From: an uncultured Bacteroidaceae bacterium
Lineage (GTDB): Bacteria; Bacillota; Clostridia; Christensenellales; CAG-917
NCBI GenBank assembly: GCA_964563025.1
Contig: CAZLVK010000003.1
Coordinates: forward strand, 84,061-148,060
Reading direction: 5' to 3'
Length of the DNA: 64,000 nucleotides
Shown: positions 37,624 to 45,594 of the stretch, piece by piece
Layout of the letters: the number at the start of each line of letters is the position of its first letter
How positions within the stretch are numbered: the first letter of the stretch is position 1
Notes under the pieces: generated by a model
What the model saw: only the letters and a program-made list of their open reading frames with translations
Told to the model about the DNA's origin: nothing
The model's database searches: none
Program-made: the position numbers and the translations under genes

Positions 37624-37664
37624 GAAAAAAGCGCAAAAAACTATATTTTTCCAAGGGTAAACTC
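37624..37664. repeat. Left arm of ~40-nt inverted repeat in the divergent promoter region
   Basis: gaaaaaagcgcaaaaaactatatttttccaagggtaaactc versus the reverse complement of 37900-37940, caaaaaagtgcaaaaaaccgtattttttcgggggtaattc. Confidence 0.75.
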
Positions 37665-37899
37665 TGTTCCTCGTAGGGTGTTTAAGAATGTAAAAACCTC
37701 AAAAAGCCCGCTTTTTCTGGGGGTAAATCCTTTTTTGCGCGTCGAGGGCGCATAAGCACGCGCAAGAAAAAATTTTCGACGAGGAAAGCAAAATTTCTCT
37801 CGTTCGAGAAGAAAAACGGTGCGCCAGCCAATCGTTCAACGCTGAACTTTACCCCTCGAAAAACATAACTTTTTTCGCACTCCGAAAAAATTATTTTTT

Positions 37900-37940
37900 T
37901 GAATTACCCCCGAAAAAATACGGTTTTTTGCACTTTTTTG
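37900..37940. repeat. Right arm of ~40-nt inverted repeat in the divergent promoter region
   Basis: See 37624-37664. A second, weaker GGGGTAAA-containing pair lies at 37705-37730 and 37844-37882. Confidence 0.75.
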
Positions 37941-37971
37941 AATTTTTTCCGACAAAAATCAAAAAAATCGC

Positions 37972-38000
37972 TTTACACATTAAGTTTTCAATAGTAGAAT
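37972..38000 (+). promoter_or_regulatory. Candidate promoter of the truncated adhesin paralog
   Basis: TTTACA, 17 nt, TAGAAT, then gatag. Preceded by A/T tracts phased at about 10 bp. Confidence 0.55.
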
Positions 38001-38080
38001 GATAGAAGAAAATCGTGTGTGCGTGTATGTGCATATGAGTTGAGTACCAGAGGCACCGCCGAACAGCATAAGGACAGACT

Positions 38081-39874
38081 ATGACAAAACGCAATGCAAA
38101 ACTCAATCTCACTTCCAAAGTGGCACGCGCCACCGTCTTTGCGCTACTTTTTGTCCTCGTCCTCGGCATATGCTTAGTAACCGCTTTTGACGTAGACCTC
38201 GGCGGTTCCGACGTCGCCTATGCCTCAAAAAATGATAATGTCAGTTCTTCAACTTACGGCTCGATTTCATCCGTCAATTCAAACAATCAAATTACCCTCA
38301 ATGACATTGGTAATGATTTTGCTTACAGTTGGTACACTTATACTAGTTTTGGGTGGGGCGCCGGCTTAACAGGAAATGACTCAAAAGACGGCAAGGTGTC
38401 CATTGAACTTACTTGTGACGGTAGCAATAACTATTCAAATTTGACTTATAGCAAACGTTATAATTTTTCAAGCACAGTTCTCTCATACGTCCAACAGGGA
38501 TATTTTGTTTCAGTTAGTATTTCGGCATCTACAAGTGGTGGCGAAGGACAAGATTACGGCATAAAAGCTATTACGACTACGAGCGGAACTTATAATTCCG
38601 TTCAATCAACACAAGGTCATATTGATGTGAGCGCTGCTGGAATCAATACGGCAAAAACAGCAACGCTTTCTACTTCTACAACAGGAATTGAGATTGAATT
38701 TGCAGGTGCCGACAAAAACGATCCAACATTTGTATTTCAAAACGTAGTCTTAACCTTTAATTACGCTCAATACACCGTAGCTTATAATGCAAACGTACCG
38801 GCCGGCGTTTCACTTTCCGCAACGGGTACGACGAGTAATTCGACGCATACAATTTTTACAGCAAAAAATCTCACCAAAAACGGTTACTCTTTGGTCGGTT
38901 ATAAATTCTTGGGTTGGACGAAGACTCAATATACTACGGCACAGAGTTCTCTTCCGAGCGGTGGTTACACCGACCAACAGTCTGTTACCAACCTCACCAC
39001 GACGAACGGCGCGACCGTGACTTTGTATGCGGTGTGGCAACCGTTGTTCGGCTTGATATACCACGAGAACGGCGACAATGACGATACCACCTCTGTCACC
39101 GTCGAGCAGGGCACTTCAATTACACTACTTACGGCGTCAGGCTTGCCGTCAAACTTCACGAAAGCGGGGCACTATTTCGCAGGGTGGGCGGGCTCAGCCT
39201 CGTCAAAGACGAATATAGGTTCTTCGATTACGGCGGGCGCGAACGGCACGCAACGTCATATCTACGCCATTTGGTTGCCCATCTCGTACACTATCACATT
39301 CAACAAGAACGACAGTAGCGCATCGGGCAGTATGTCAAATATGATCGGCACCTATTCGGGTGCGGTAACTCTCACTGCAAACGCTTTCACAAAACAGGAC
39401 TCTTTCTTCAAAAATTGGTATCTTTCCACAAGTTCCGCAACGCTTGCGGATAAAGCAACTATTGCGGCAAGCACCTTTGCGGGATATTTGACCGCCGCGC
39501 AGTCAAGCATTGATACGTCGAGCGTTACACTCTCACTCACCGCACAATGGACTACCGAAACGTTTGAGTTCGGCAAGTCGGCTAAGGGCACGGGGAAATG
39601 GGGCTCCGCAAATAATCCCTATATCATCCGCACGACGACGCATTGGAACAACCTCGCAACTATCATCAATAATAATTGCCCTACGTCGGGGAGCAACGTG
39701 GTCGGTTCAATCGTCGGTTCCTCACTTGCAAGTTACTCCAATCCTATCGCGACCGCAAACAGCGGCTACTACGGCGCAACGTTCCTCATCGAAAACAACT
39801 TGACTTTCAGCGGAACCTACACCACGGTAGGAAACGTAAACTATCAATTCAAAGGGTCGTTTGTTCTGTCATAG
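38081..39874 (+). CDS. Truncated paralog of the giant adhesin: shared N-terminal anchor and domain, Listeria-Bacteroides (Flg_new) repeats, ends at the start of a beta-helix module (597 aa)
   Basis: N-terminus ARATVFALLFVLVLGICL parallels the giant protein. GYKFLGW / GHYFAGW repeat signatures. The ORF stops at YQFKGSFVLS*, inside the F-x-G-x-F-D-G-N-G motif, 20 nt before repeat module Y. It could equally be called a pseudogene. Confidence 0.6.
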   Translation: MTKRNAKLNLTSKVARATVFALLFVLVLGICLVTAFDVDLGGSDVAYASKNDNVSSSTYGSISSVNSNNQITLNDIGNDFAYSWYTYTSFGWGAGLTGNDSKDGKVSIELTCDGSNNYSNLTYSKRYNFSSTVLSYVQQGYFVSVSISASTSGGEGQDYGIKAITTTSGTYNSVQSTQGHIDVSAAGINTAKTATLSTSTTGIEIEFAGADKNDPTFVFQNVVLTFNYAQYTVAYNANVPAGVSLSATGTTSNSTHTIFTAKNLTKNGYSLVGYKFLGWTKTQYTTAQSSLPSGGYTDQQSVTNLTTTNGATVTLYAVWQPLFGLIYHENGDNDDTTSVTVEQGTSITLLTASGLPSNFTKAGHYFAGWAGSASSKTNIGSSITAGANGTQRHIYAIWLPISYTITFNKNDSSASGSMSNMIGTYSGAVTLTANAFTKQDSFFKNWYLSTSSATLADKATIAASTFAGYLTAAQSSIDTSSVTLSLTAQWTTETFEFGKSAKGTGKWGSANNPYIIRTTTHWNNLATIINNNCPTSGSNVVGSIVGSSLASYSNPIATANSGYYGATFLIENNLTFSGTYTTVGNVNYQFKGSFVLS

Positions 39875-39893
39875 TCGCTTACGCAAAATCTAA

Positions 39894-39937
39894 CTGTCAT
39901 TACGAGCAACGAAGTTGCGTGGCAATCTCCGGGAACG
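39894..39937. repeat. Module Y (inverted copy)
   Basis: ctgtcattacgagcaacgaagttgcgtggcaatctccgggaacgg matches 51615-51663 and the reverse complement of 37418-37466. Confidence 0.8.
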
Positions 39938-39956
39938 GCACCGCTGAACCTCCATA

Positions 39957-40030
39957 GGCACTATCACTCCGACAAAGTCGGAATATAACTTTGCGCAAGC
40001 AAAATATCACTTCTCGAAGAGAAATATCAC
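39957..40030 (+). repeat. AATAT[A/C]AC-core hairpin array (locus 2)
   Basis: Cores separated by CCGAC-aaa-GTCGG, TTGC-gcaa-GCAA and TCTC-gaa-GAGA. The array overlaps the stop codon of the TrpB2 ORF. Confidence 0.8.
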
Positions 40031-41370
40031 CGCGACGGCAATGTCACGGTGCCGGCGCACCGTGACATTGCGCCGCTTAACGCCCTCTCGTAGCCTGCAA
40101 GGTCGAAGTAGCCCGTTCCCGTGAGTCCGAATAGGATAACCTTCTTAACGCCCGTTTCTCGACATTTGACGGCTTCGTCCACCGCAATCTTTATGGCGTG
40201 TGCGCTTTCGGGCGCAGGCAATATCCCCTCTACTCTTGCAAACTTAATCGCAGTGTCGAACACTTCGTTCTGTCCCACCCTTCTCACTTCGTCGAGATAG
40301 CCGTCGTGATACAACTTGCTGACGACCGGACTCATTCCGTGATACCTAAGCCCGCCCGCATGGCTTGACGGCGGAATAAATTCGCAACCGAGGGTATACA
40401 TTTTCGCCATCGGCGTAATCTTCCCCGTATCGCAATAGTCGTATCTATATTCCCCTTTGCTCATACTCGGACAACTCTCGGGCTCCACGGCGATGAAATG
40501 CGGATTTGCCGTTCCTTTCAACTTGTCCCGCACGAACGGCGCGATAAGTCCCGCCAAATTACTCCCTCCGCCGGCGCAACCTATGACGACGTCGGGATAC
40601 GTATCGTGTTTCTCCATTGCGATTTTGCACTCCAAACCTATCACTGATTGGTGCAAAGCGACTTGATTTAGCACACTTCCAAGCACGTATCGTGTACTTT
40701 TCGTCGTTGTCGCAAGTTCGACCGCTTCCGAAATCGCGGTGCCCAGAGAACCGCTGTTGTTCGGATTTTCGGCAAGCATTTTGCGTCCGACCGCCGTCGT
40801 ATCGCTCGGAGACGGTATCACGTTTGCGCCGTATACGCGCATAAGGCTTTTGCGTTGCGGTTTGAGTTCATAACTGCACCGCACCATAAACACCGTGAGG
40901 TCGAGCCCGAAATATCCGCACGCCATACTTAGCGCCGTTCCCCATTGTCCCGCGCCCGTTTCCGTCGTCACGCCTTTGAGACCTTGTTCCTTTGCGTAGT
41001 ACGCTTGCGCTATCGCGCTGTTCAGTTTGTGGCTTCCGCTCGTGTTGTTGCCCTCGAATTTGTAATATATCTCCGCAGGCGTAGCGAGTGCCTTTTCAAG
41101 GCAGTACGCACGCACAAGCGGGGACGGACGATACATTTTGTAAAAGTCGCGTATCCCTTTCGGAATTTCGATATAGGCGTCCTCGTCGTTAAGTTCCTGT
41201 TTCGCAAGTTCGGTGCAAAATATCCTTTCAAGGTCCGAGAGCGTCACCGCTTTGCCTGTCGCGGGATTTATCAGCGGTTCACACTTGTCCTTCATATCCG
41301 CCCGCACGTTATACCACTCCTTAGGCATTTCGTTTTCGCTGAGATAAATTTTGTACGGTATTTCTTTCAT
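40027..41370 (-). CDS. trpB: TrpB-like PLP-dependent enzyme (TrpB2 class tryptophan synthase beta)
   Basis: The long N-terminal extension MKEIPYKIYLSENEMPKEWYN is typical of TrpB2. PLP-lysine context NTSGSHKLN. GCAGGGSNLAG loop. The last ~15 codons run through a repeat hairpin. Confidence 0.85.
   Translation of the reverse strand: MKEIPYKIYLSENEMPKEWYNVRADMKDKCEPLINPATGKAVTLSDLERIFCTELAKQELNDEDAYIEIPKGIRDFYKMYRPSPLVRAYCLEKALATPAEIYYKFEGNNTSGSHKLNSAIAQAYYAKEQGLKGVTTETGAGQWGTALSMACGYFGLDLTVFMVRCSYELKPQRKSLMRVYGANVIPSPSDTTAVGRKMLAENPNNSGSLGTAISEAVELATTTKSTRYVLGSVLNQVALHQSVIGLECKIAMEKHDTYPDVVIGCAGGGSNLAGLIAPFVRDKLKGTANPHFIAVEPESCPSMSKGEYRYDYCDTGKITPMAKMYTLGCEFIPPSSHAGGLRYHGMSPVVSKLYHDGYLDEVRRVGQNEVFDTAIKFARVEGILPAPESAHAIKIAVDEAVKCRETGVKKVILFGLTGTGYFDLAGYERALSGAMSRCAGTVTLPSR
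40038..40071. repeat. Perfect 15-bp inverted repeat (4-nt loop) inside the last codons of the TrpB2 ORF
   Basis: gcaatgtcacggtgc cggc gcaccgtgacattgc, read directly. Confidence 0.9.
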
Positions 41371-41431
41371 ATCGTCCTCCGTGTGCTATATTAGTCTTTT
41401 CTTATTTTATTATTCGTCATCTTTACTCAAT

Positions 41432-41696
41432 AAAAAATCCGCGTGAAACAGATTCCTGCTTCACGCGGACAAAACTCATCGTCTTGCGGTGCCACCGCGC
41501 TTGACGTAACGTCACCGTCACGACCTCTCAAAACTGCAATCACAGTCCGTCCTTTTACGCAGACGTGCGTGCCCGACTACTCGTTTCCTTTCGCCGCGCC
41601 CCTCGGGGGCCCATAACTTCGACTCGTTTGCTATCCGCATTCCACCGCCGCAGACTCTCTTTAGCGCGTTTGTCTCGTCTCTTCCCTTCATCGGTT
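41432..41696 (-). promoter_or_regulatory. T-box riboswitch leader (candidate Trp specifier) upstream of trpB2
   Basis: On the minus strand: GAUGA (K-turn), AGAGAG bulge, GGUGGAA distal loop, T-box sequence GCGGUGGCACCGCAAG, then the terminator ccgcgtgaa/ttcacgcgg plus a U-run. UGG (plus-strand cca at 41611-41613) sits where the specifier is expected. Confidence 0.7.
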
Positions 41697-41702
41697 TATT
41701 TC

Positions 41703-41731
41703 ACTTTATCACGCTAAAGTCATAATGTCAA
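41703..41731 (-). promoter_or_regulatory. Candidate promoter of the T-box leader
   Basis: On the minus strand: TTGACA, 17 nt, TAAAGT. It would place the transcription start just before the Stem I GAUGA. Confidence 0.5.
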
Positions 41732-41895
41732 CCGTTATTTTCAGCCTTAGAAAAATACAAACTCTATTTTTCACTCGACCGCGACAACGCCCGCATTCCA
41801 TCGGATTATATCCCGATTTGAAAACTGACGCCTCATATTGATTTTGTCCGAAACCCGAATCCTTAAAATATTTTTGAAAACTTTCGTCAAATCGC

Positions 41896-41924
41896 TTTAC
41901 ATTTGCCCATACGCCGTATATAAT
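41896..41924 (+). promoter_or_regulatory. Candidate promoter of the amino-acid ABC transporter operon
   Basis: TTTACA, 17 nt, TATAAT. Confidence 0.6.
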
Positions 41925-41990
41925 GCAAGTAGTTTAACGCTTTAATGCGCTAAACTGCTAAATCAAAATCACCTCGCAAGGAGATTCACT

Positions 41991-42803
41991 ATGAAAAAAA
42001 TAATCTGCGCTATCCTAATCGTATCGCTACTCGCCGTCGGCGCGTTCACTCTCGTCGCTTGCAACGGCGGTTCCGATGAAAAAATCGTCACCATAGGTTA
42101 CACCCTCTACGAGCCTATGAACTACGAGGACGAAAACGGCAACCTCATCGGCTTCGATACCGACCTTGCAAAAGCCGTATTTGAAAAACTCGGCTACACC
42201 GTCGTTTTCAAAATCATCGACTGGAACAATAAGTATATCGACCTCAATACCGGTAGCGTGGATTGCCTCTGGAACGGCTTCACCGCCAACTCCGCGGACG
42301 ACGACGGCATACAACGCAGCGAAAAAGTCGACTTCTCTTTTAACTATATGCTCAACGCACAAGCGGTCGTAGTCAAGACGGATTCCACGATTGCATCCGC
42401 ATCCGACCTCGTCGGCAAGACCGGCTACGCCGAGAACGGCTCCGCAGGTGAGGCGTACGCAAACGAACTTCTCGCAGATAACGGTTCGGTCAGCACCGCA
42501 ACCAAACAAACGGACGCAATCCTTCAAGTCAAAACGGGCGCGGCAGAATACGCCGTAGTCGATTATCAACTCGCAAAGAGCATCGTAGGCAAGGGTGACT
42601 TTGCCAACCTCAAAATGATCGACTCCCTCAAATCCGAATCCGAATATTACGCTATCGGCTTCAAGAAAGGCAGTGACCTCACGGCAAAAGTCAATCAAGC
42701 CCTCATAGAACTTGCCGCCGACGGAACCATTCGGGAAATTGCGGAACGTTACGGCGTCGAGACTTCCGTCATCACCGACTTCAGCGACCAAATCAACGGT
42801 TAA
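41991..42803 (+). CDS. Amino-acid ABC transporter substrate-binding lipoprotein (SBP_bac_3 type)
   Basis: AAGGAG RBS. Signal peptide plus lipobox TLVAC. Polar amino-acid SBP pattern (GFDTDLAKAVFEKLG, DCLWNGFT). Confidence 0.85.
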   Translation: MKKIICAILIVSLLAVGAFTLVACNGGSDEKIVTIGYTLYEPMNYEDENGNLIGFDTDLAKAVFEKLGYTVVFKIIDWNNKYIDLNTGSVDCLWNGFTANSADDDGIQRSEKVDFSFNYMLNAQAVVVKTDSTIASASDLVGKTGYAENGSAGEAYANELLADNGSVSTATKQTDAILQVKTGAAEYAVVDYQLAKSIVGKGDFANLKMIDSLKSESEYYAIGFKKGSDLTAKVNQALIELAADGTIREIAERYGVETSVITDFSDQING

Positions 42804-42828
42804 TACATTCAAATCAGCGAGATAAACT

Positions 42829-43518
42829 ATGACTTTCGGCGAAGTAACATTATATTTATTGGACGGGTTCAAAATCACGTGTTTGCTTTTTGCACTCACG
42901 TTGATTTTCTCCCTTCCCCTCGGACTCATCATTTCGTTTTGTTCGATGAGCAAGTTCAAACCGCTCTCGTTCATCACGAAAATTGTGGTTTGGATTGTCC
43001 GCGGAATCCCCCTCATGCTCCAAATTTTCATCATCTACTACGTGCCCGGATTCCTCGACTATAATATCTTCGCATCGGTCGACACCTACTTCATTCTTAA
43101 TTACGGATTGCAGGATATGGGGCGATTCATTGCGGTAGTCATAGCGTTCTCGTTCAACTACGCTTGCTACTTCTCCGAGATATTCAGAGGTGGCATACAA
43201 AGCATCTCCGTCGGTCAACACGAGGCGGCTTGGGTGCTGGGTATGACCAAAACGCAAACCTTCTTCTACGTCATCTTCCCGCAAGTTTTCAAGCGCATAA
43301 TGCCCCCTATGTCCAACGAAGTGATTACCCTCGTCAAAGATACGGCGCTGTCAAGAGTTATACTCGTCGGCGAACTCATCATGAAAGCGGAACAACTCAT
43401 GGCGTCCGCACTCATATGGCCGTTATTTTACTCGGGCGCGTTTTACCTCATCTTCGTAGGGCTCCTCACCGTCCTCTTCAATTGGATTGAGAAAAAACTC
43501 AGTTATTATAAGGTGTGA
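42829..43518 (+). CDS. Amino-acid ABC transporter permease (His/Glu/Gln/Arg/opine family)
   Basis: Multi-TM protein. EAA-like loop EAAWVLGMTKTQTFFYVIFPQ. Positioned between the SBP and ATPase genes. Confidence 0.85.
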   Translation: MTFGEVTLYLLDGFKITCLLFALTLIFSLPLGLIISFCSMSKFKPLSFITKIVVWIVRGIPLMLQIFIIYYVPGFLDYNIFASVDTYFILNYGLQDMGRFIAVVIAFSFNYACYFSEIFRGGIQSISVGQHEAAWVLGMTKTQTFFYVIFPQVFKRIMPPMSNEVITLVKDTALSRVILVGELIMKAEQLMASALIWPLFYSGAFYLIFVGLLTVLFNWIEKKLSYYKV

Positions 43519-43519
43519 T

Positions 43520-44365
43520 ATGTCTATACTCGAAGTCAAAAACTTAAAGAAAAATTTCGGAGACGCAGAGGTTTTGAAAGGTATAGACTTCACCGTCGAA
43601 AAGGGGGAAGTCGTCGTGATAATCGGCTCGTCGGGAAGCGGTAAAACCACCCTACTCCGTTGCCTTAATTTCCTCGAAACGGCGGACGAAGGACAAATCC
43701 TAGTGAACGGCGAAGTGCTGTTCGACGGCGCACAAAAAGCGAAAAAAGAAAACGCAAAAACCGCCCGCGAAAAACGACTCCGCTTCGGACTCGTATTCCA
43801 GTCTTTCAATCTATTCCCGCATATGACGGCGTTCAAGAACGTAAGGCTCGCATCCGGACTTCTCGCCAAAGAAAACATAGACGCCGTCGTCAAGGAAGCG
43901 CGCAAAAACGGAGTTAAAGGTGCGGAACTTAGAGCATTAAAGTCCGATTTGCGCAAAAAGTCAAATTCCGAACTCGACGAAAAGGCGTATGCGCTCCTTG
44001 AAAAAGTCGGGCTTCGCGACCGCGCGAACGCCTATCCTTGCGAACTCAGCGGAGGGCAACAACAGCGTATCGCAATAGCCCGTGCACTTGCTTTGTCTCC
44101 CGATATTCTATGTTTCGACGAACCGACTTCCGCCCTCGATCCCGAACTCACCGGAGAGGTCCTCAAAGTCATCAGAGGGCTGAAAGGTGCGGACAATACG
44201 ATGATTATCGTCACGCACGAAATGGATTTTGCACGCAACGTCGCGGACAAAGTCATCTTCATGGCGGACGGCGTTATCGAGGAAACCGGTACGCCCTATC
44301 AAATCTTTGAAAATCCGCAGAGCGAAAAAACAAGAAATTTTTTGTCCCGTCCGAACGATTTTTAG
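43520..44365 (+). CDS. Amino-acid ABC transporter ATP-binding protein
   Basis: Start at ATG 43520 (MSILEVKNL). Walker [10 protein letters not shown], signature LSGGQQQR, Walker [13 protein letters not shown]. Carries an extra ~30-aa helical insert. Confidence 0.9.
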   Translation: MSILEVKNLKKNFGDAEVLKGIDFTVEKGEVVVIIGSSGSGKTTLLRCLNFLETADEGQILVNGEVLFDGAQKAKKENAKTAREKRLRFGLVFQSFNLFPHMTAFKNVRLASGLLAKENIDAVVKEARKNGVKGAELRALKSDLRKKSNSELDEKAYALLEKVGLRDRANAYPCELSGGQQQRIAIARALALSPDILCFDEPTSALDPELTGEVLKVIRGLKGADNTMIIVTHEMDFARNVADKVIFMADGVIEETGTPYQIFENPQSEKTRNFLSRPNDF

Positions 44366-44442
44366 CACTCATATTGTTGTGCATCTCGAATATTTGTTGT
44401 ATAATTCTCCTGAAATCAAAATTTTTACAGGAGAATTTTCTT

Positions 44443-45390
44443 ATGGACAAAAACTTCATCGAGAAGCAACTTGAAGAACTTTCTGCGAAACTCAAAGGCA
44501 AACGCGTCCTCCTCGCTCTTTCTGGCGGTGTAGACAGTTCGGTTTGCGCGGCACTCATTCACAAGGCGGCGCCCGAATCCCTCGTTTGCGTATTCGTCAA
44601 TCACGGACTCCTCCGCAAAGGCGAATTTGAACAAGTACAAGAAGTTTTCAAAGGTCAGTTCGGTATGAACCTCATCGCGGTCGACGCGGTGGATAGATTC
44701 CTTGACAGACTCAAGGGCGTCACCGATCCCGAACAAAAACGTAAGATAATCGGCGACGAATTTATCCGCGTCTTCCAAGACGAAGCCAAGAAACTCGGTC
44801 AAATCGAATTCCTCGCGCAAGGCACCATTCTCCCCGACATCATCGAGAGCGGTACGGACGGCAAGAACAAACTCGTCAAATCCCACCACAACGTCGGCGG
44901 ACTCCCCGAAAACATCGGTTTCGAGGGACTTATCGAACCCGTACGCGACCTCTACAAATACGAAGTCCGCGAAGTCGGCAGAGCGCTCGGTCTCCCCGAT
45001 TTCATCGTTGACCGTCAACCCTTCCCCGGTCCCGGTCTCGGCGTGCGTTGCGTAGGCGAAATCACTCGCGAAAAACTCGAAATATTGAGAGAAGCGGACG
45101 CAATCTTCCGCGAAGAAATCGAAAATGCGGGACTCGGCGATAAGATCTGGCAATACTTCGCAATCATCAACGACTCCCTCACCACCGGCGTCAAGGACGG
45201 CGAAAGACTGTACGGACATATGATAGCACTTCGCGCAATCAACACCCACGACGCAGTCACGGCGGACTGGGCGGAAATTCCCTACCCCGTCATTCGCGCG
45301 GCAAGCAATCGTATCAGCCAAATCGACGGCGTCAACCGCGTCGTATACGACTGCACCACCAAACCCCCCGCGACCATCGAATGGGAATAA
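44443..45390 (+). CDS. guaA: GMP synthase ATP-pyrophosphatase/dimerisation portion only (no GATase domain), 315 aa
   Basis: PP-loop SGGVDSS near the N-terminus. Canonical GuaA C-terminus [17 protein letters not shown] before ATG 44443. No glutamine amidotransferase domain upstream. Confidence 0.85.
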   Translation: MDKNFIEKQLEELSAKLKGKRVLLALSGGVDSSVCAALIHKAAPESLVCVFVNHGLLRKGEFEQVQEVFKGQFGMNLIAVDAVDRFLDRLKGVTDPEQKRKIIGDEFIRVFQDEAKKLGQIEFLAQGTILPDIIESGTDGKNKLVKSHHNVGGLPENIGFEGLIEPVRDLYKYEVREVGRALGLPDFIVDRQPFPGPGLGVRCVGEITREKLEILREADAIFREEIENAGLGDKIWQYFAIINDSLTTGVKDGERLYGHMIALRAINTHDAVTADWAEIPYPVIRAASNRISQIDGVNRVVYDCTTKPPATIEWE

Positions 45391-45413
45391 AAACCAACCT
45401 CTGAATAAACACA

Positions 45414-45441
45414 AAATCCCGACGTCGGTCGGGATTTTTTA
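45414..45441 (+). terminator. Rho-independent terminator after guaA
   Basis: Stem atcccgac/gtcgggat, loop gtcg, T6 run. Confidence 0.85.
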
Positions 45442-45453
45442 TATGTTTTTTCG

Positions 45454-45526
45454 CATATAACTTCTCAAAGAGAAATATAACTGCGTAGCAATATCAGTTT
45501 GTGGCAATGTCAAAAAATATCACTCA
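45454..45526 (+). repeat. AATAT[A/C]AC-core hairpin array (locus 3, partly degenerate)
   Basis: catataact TCTC-aaa-GAGA aatataact GC-gta-GC aatatcag ... aaaatatcact. Confidence 0.7.
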
Positions 45527-45555
45527 AAAAGAGCACTCCGAAGAGTGCCCTTTTT
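45526..45555 (-). terminator. Rho-independent terminator after the LRR lipoprotein gene (bidirectional shape)
   Basis: Stem gcactc/gagtgc, loop cgaa, flanked by A5 and T5. Confidence 0.65.
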
Positions 45556-45594
45556 ATCTTTGTTTCAGCCCGTACGATTATCTAATCTCACCTT

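Noticed and set aside
37624-37940. Invertible promoter switch (the inverted repeats flank a ~235-bp segment)
   Set aside because: The best promoters lie outside the inverted repeats, not between them. No promoter-like hexamers were seen inside, no invertase or recombinase gene is in the window, and the symmetry is explained by the head-to-head duplication. Read-level evidence for both orientations would reopen this.
37965-37977. Shared aaatcgcTTTACA string at the -35 of the paralog promoter and of the ABC importer promoter (41890-41901)
   Set aside because: The shared string is only 13 nt and includes the -35 hexamer itself. Two occurrences cannot be distinguished from chance without a genome-wide count.
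37891-38169. 92-aa minus-strand ORF across the divergent promoter region
   Set aside because: It runs through A/T tracts and the plus-strand promoter and leader, it has no RBS, and its C-terminal part is merely antisense to the paralog's signal region.
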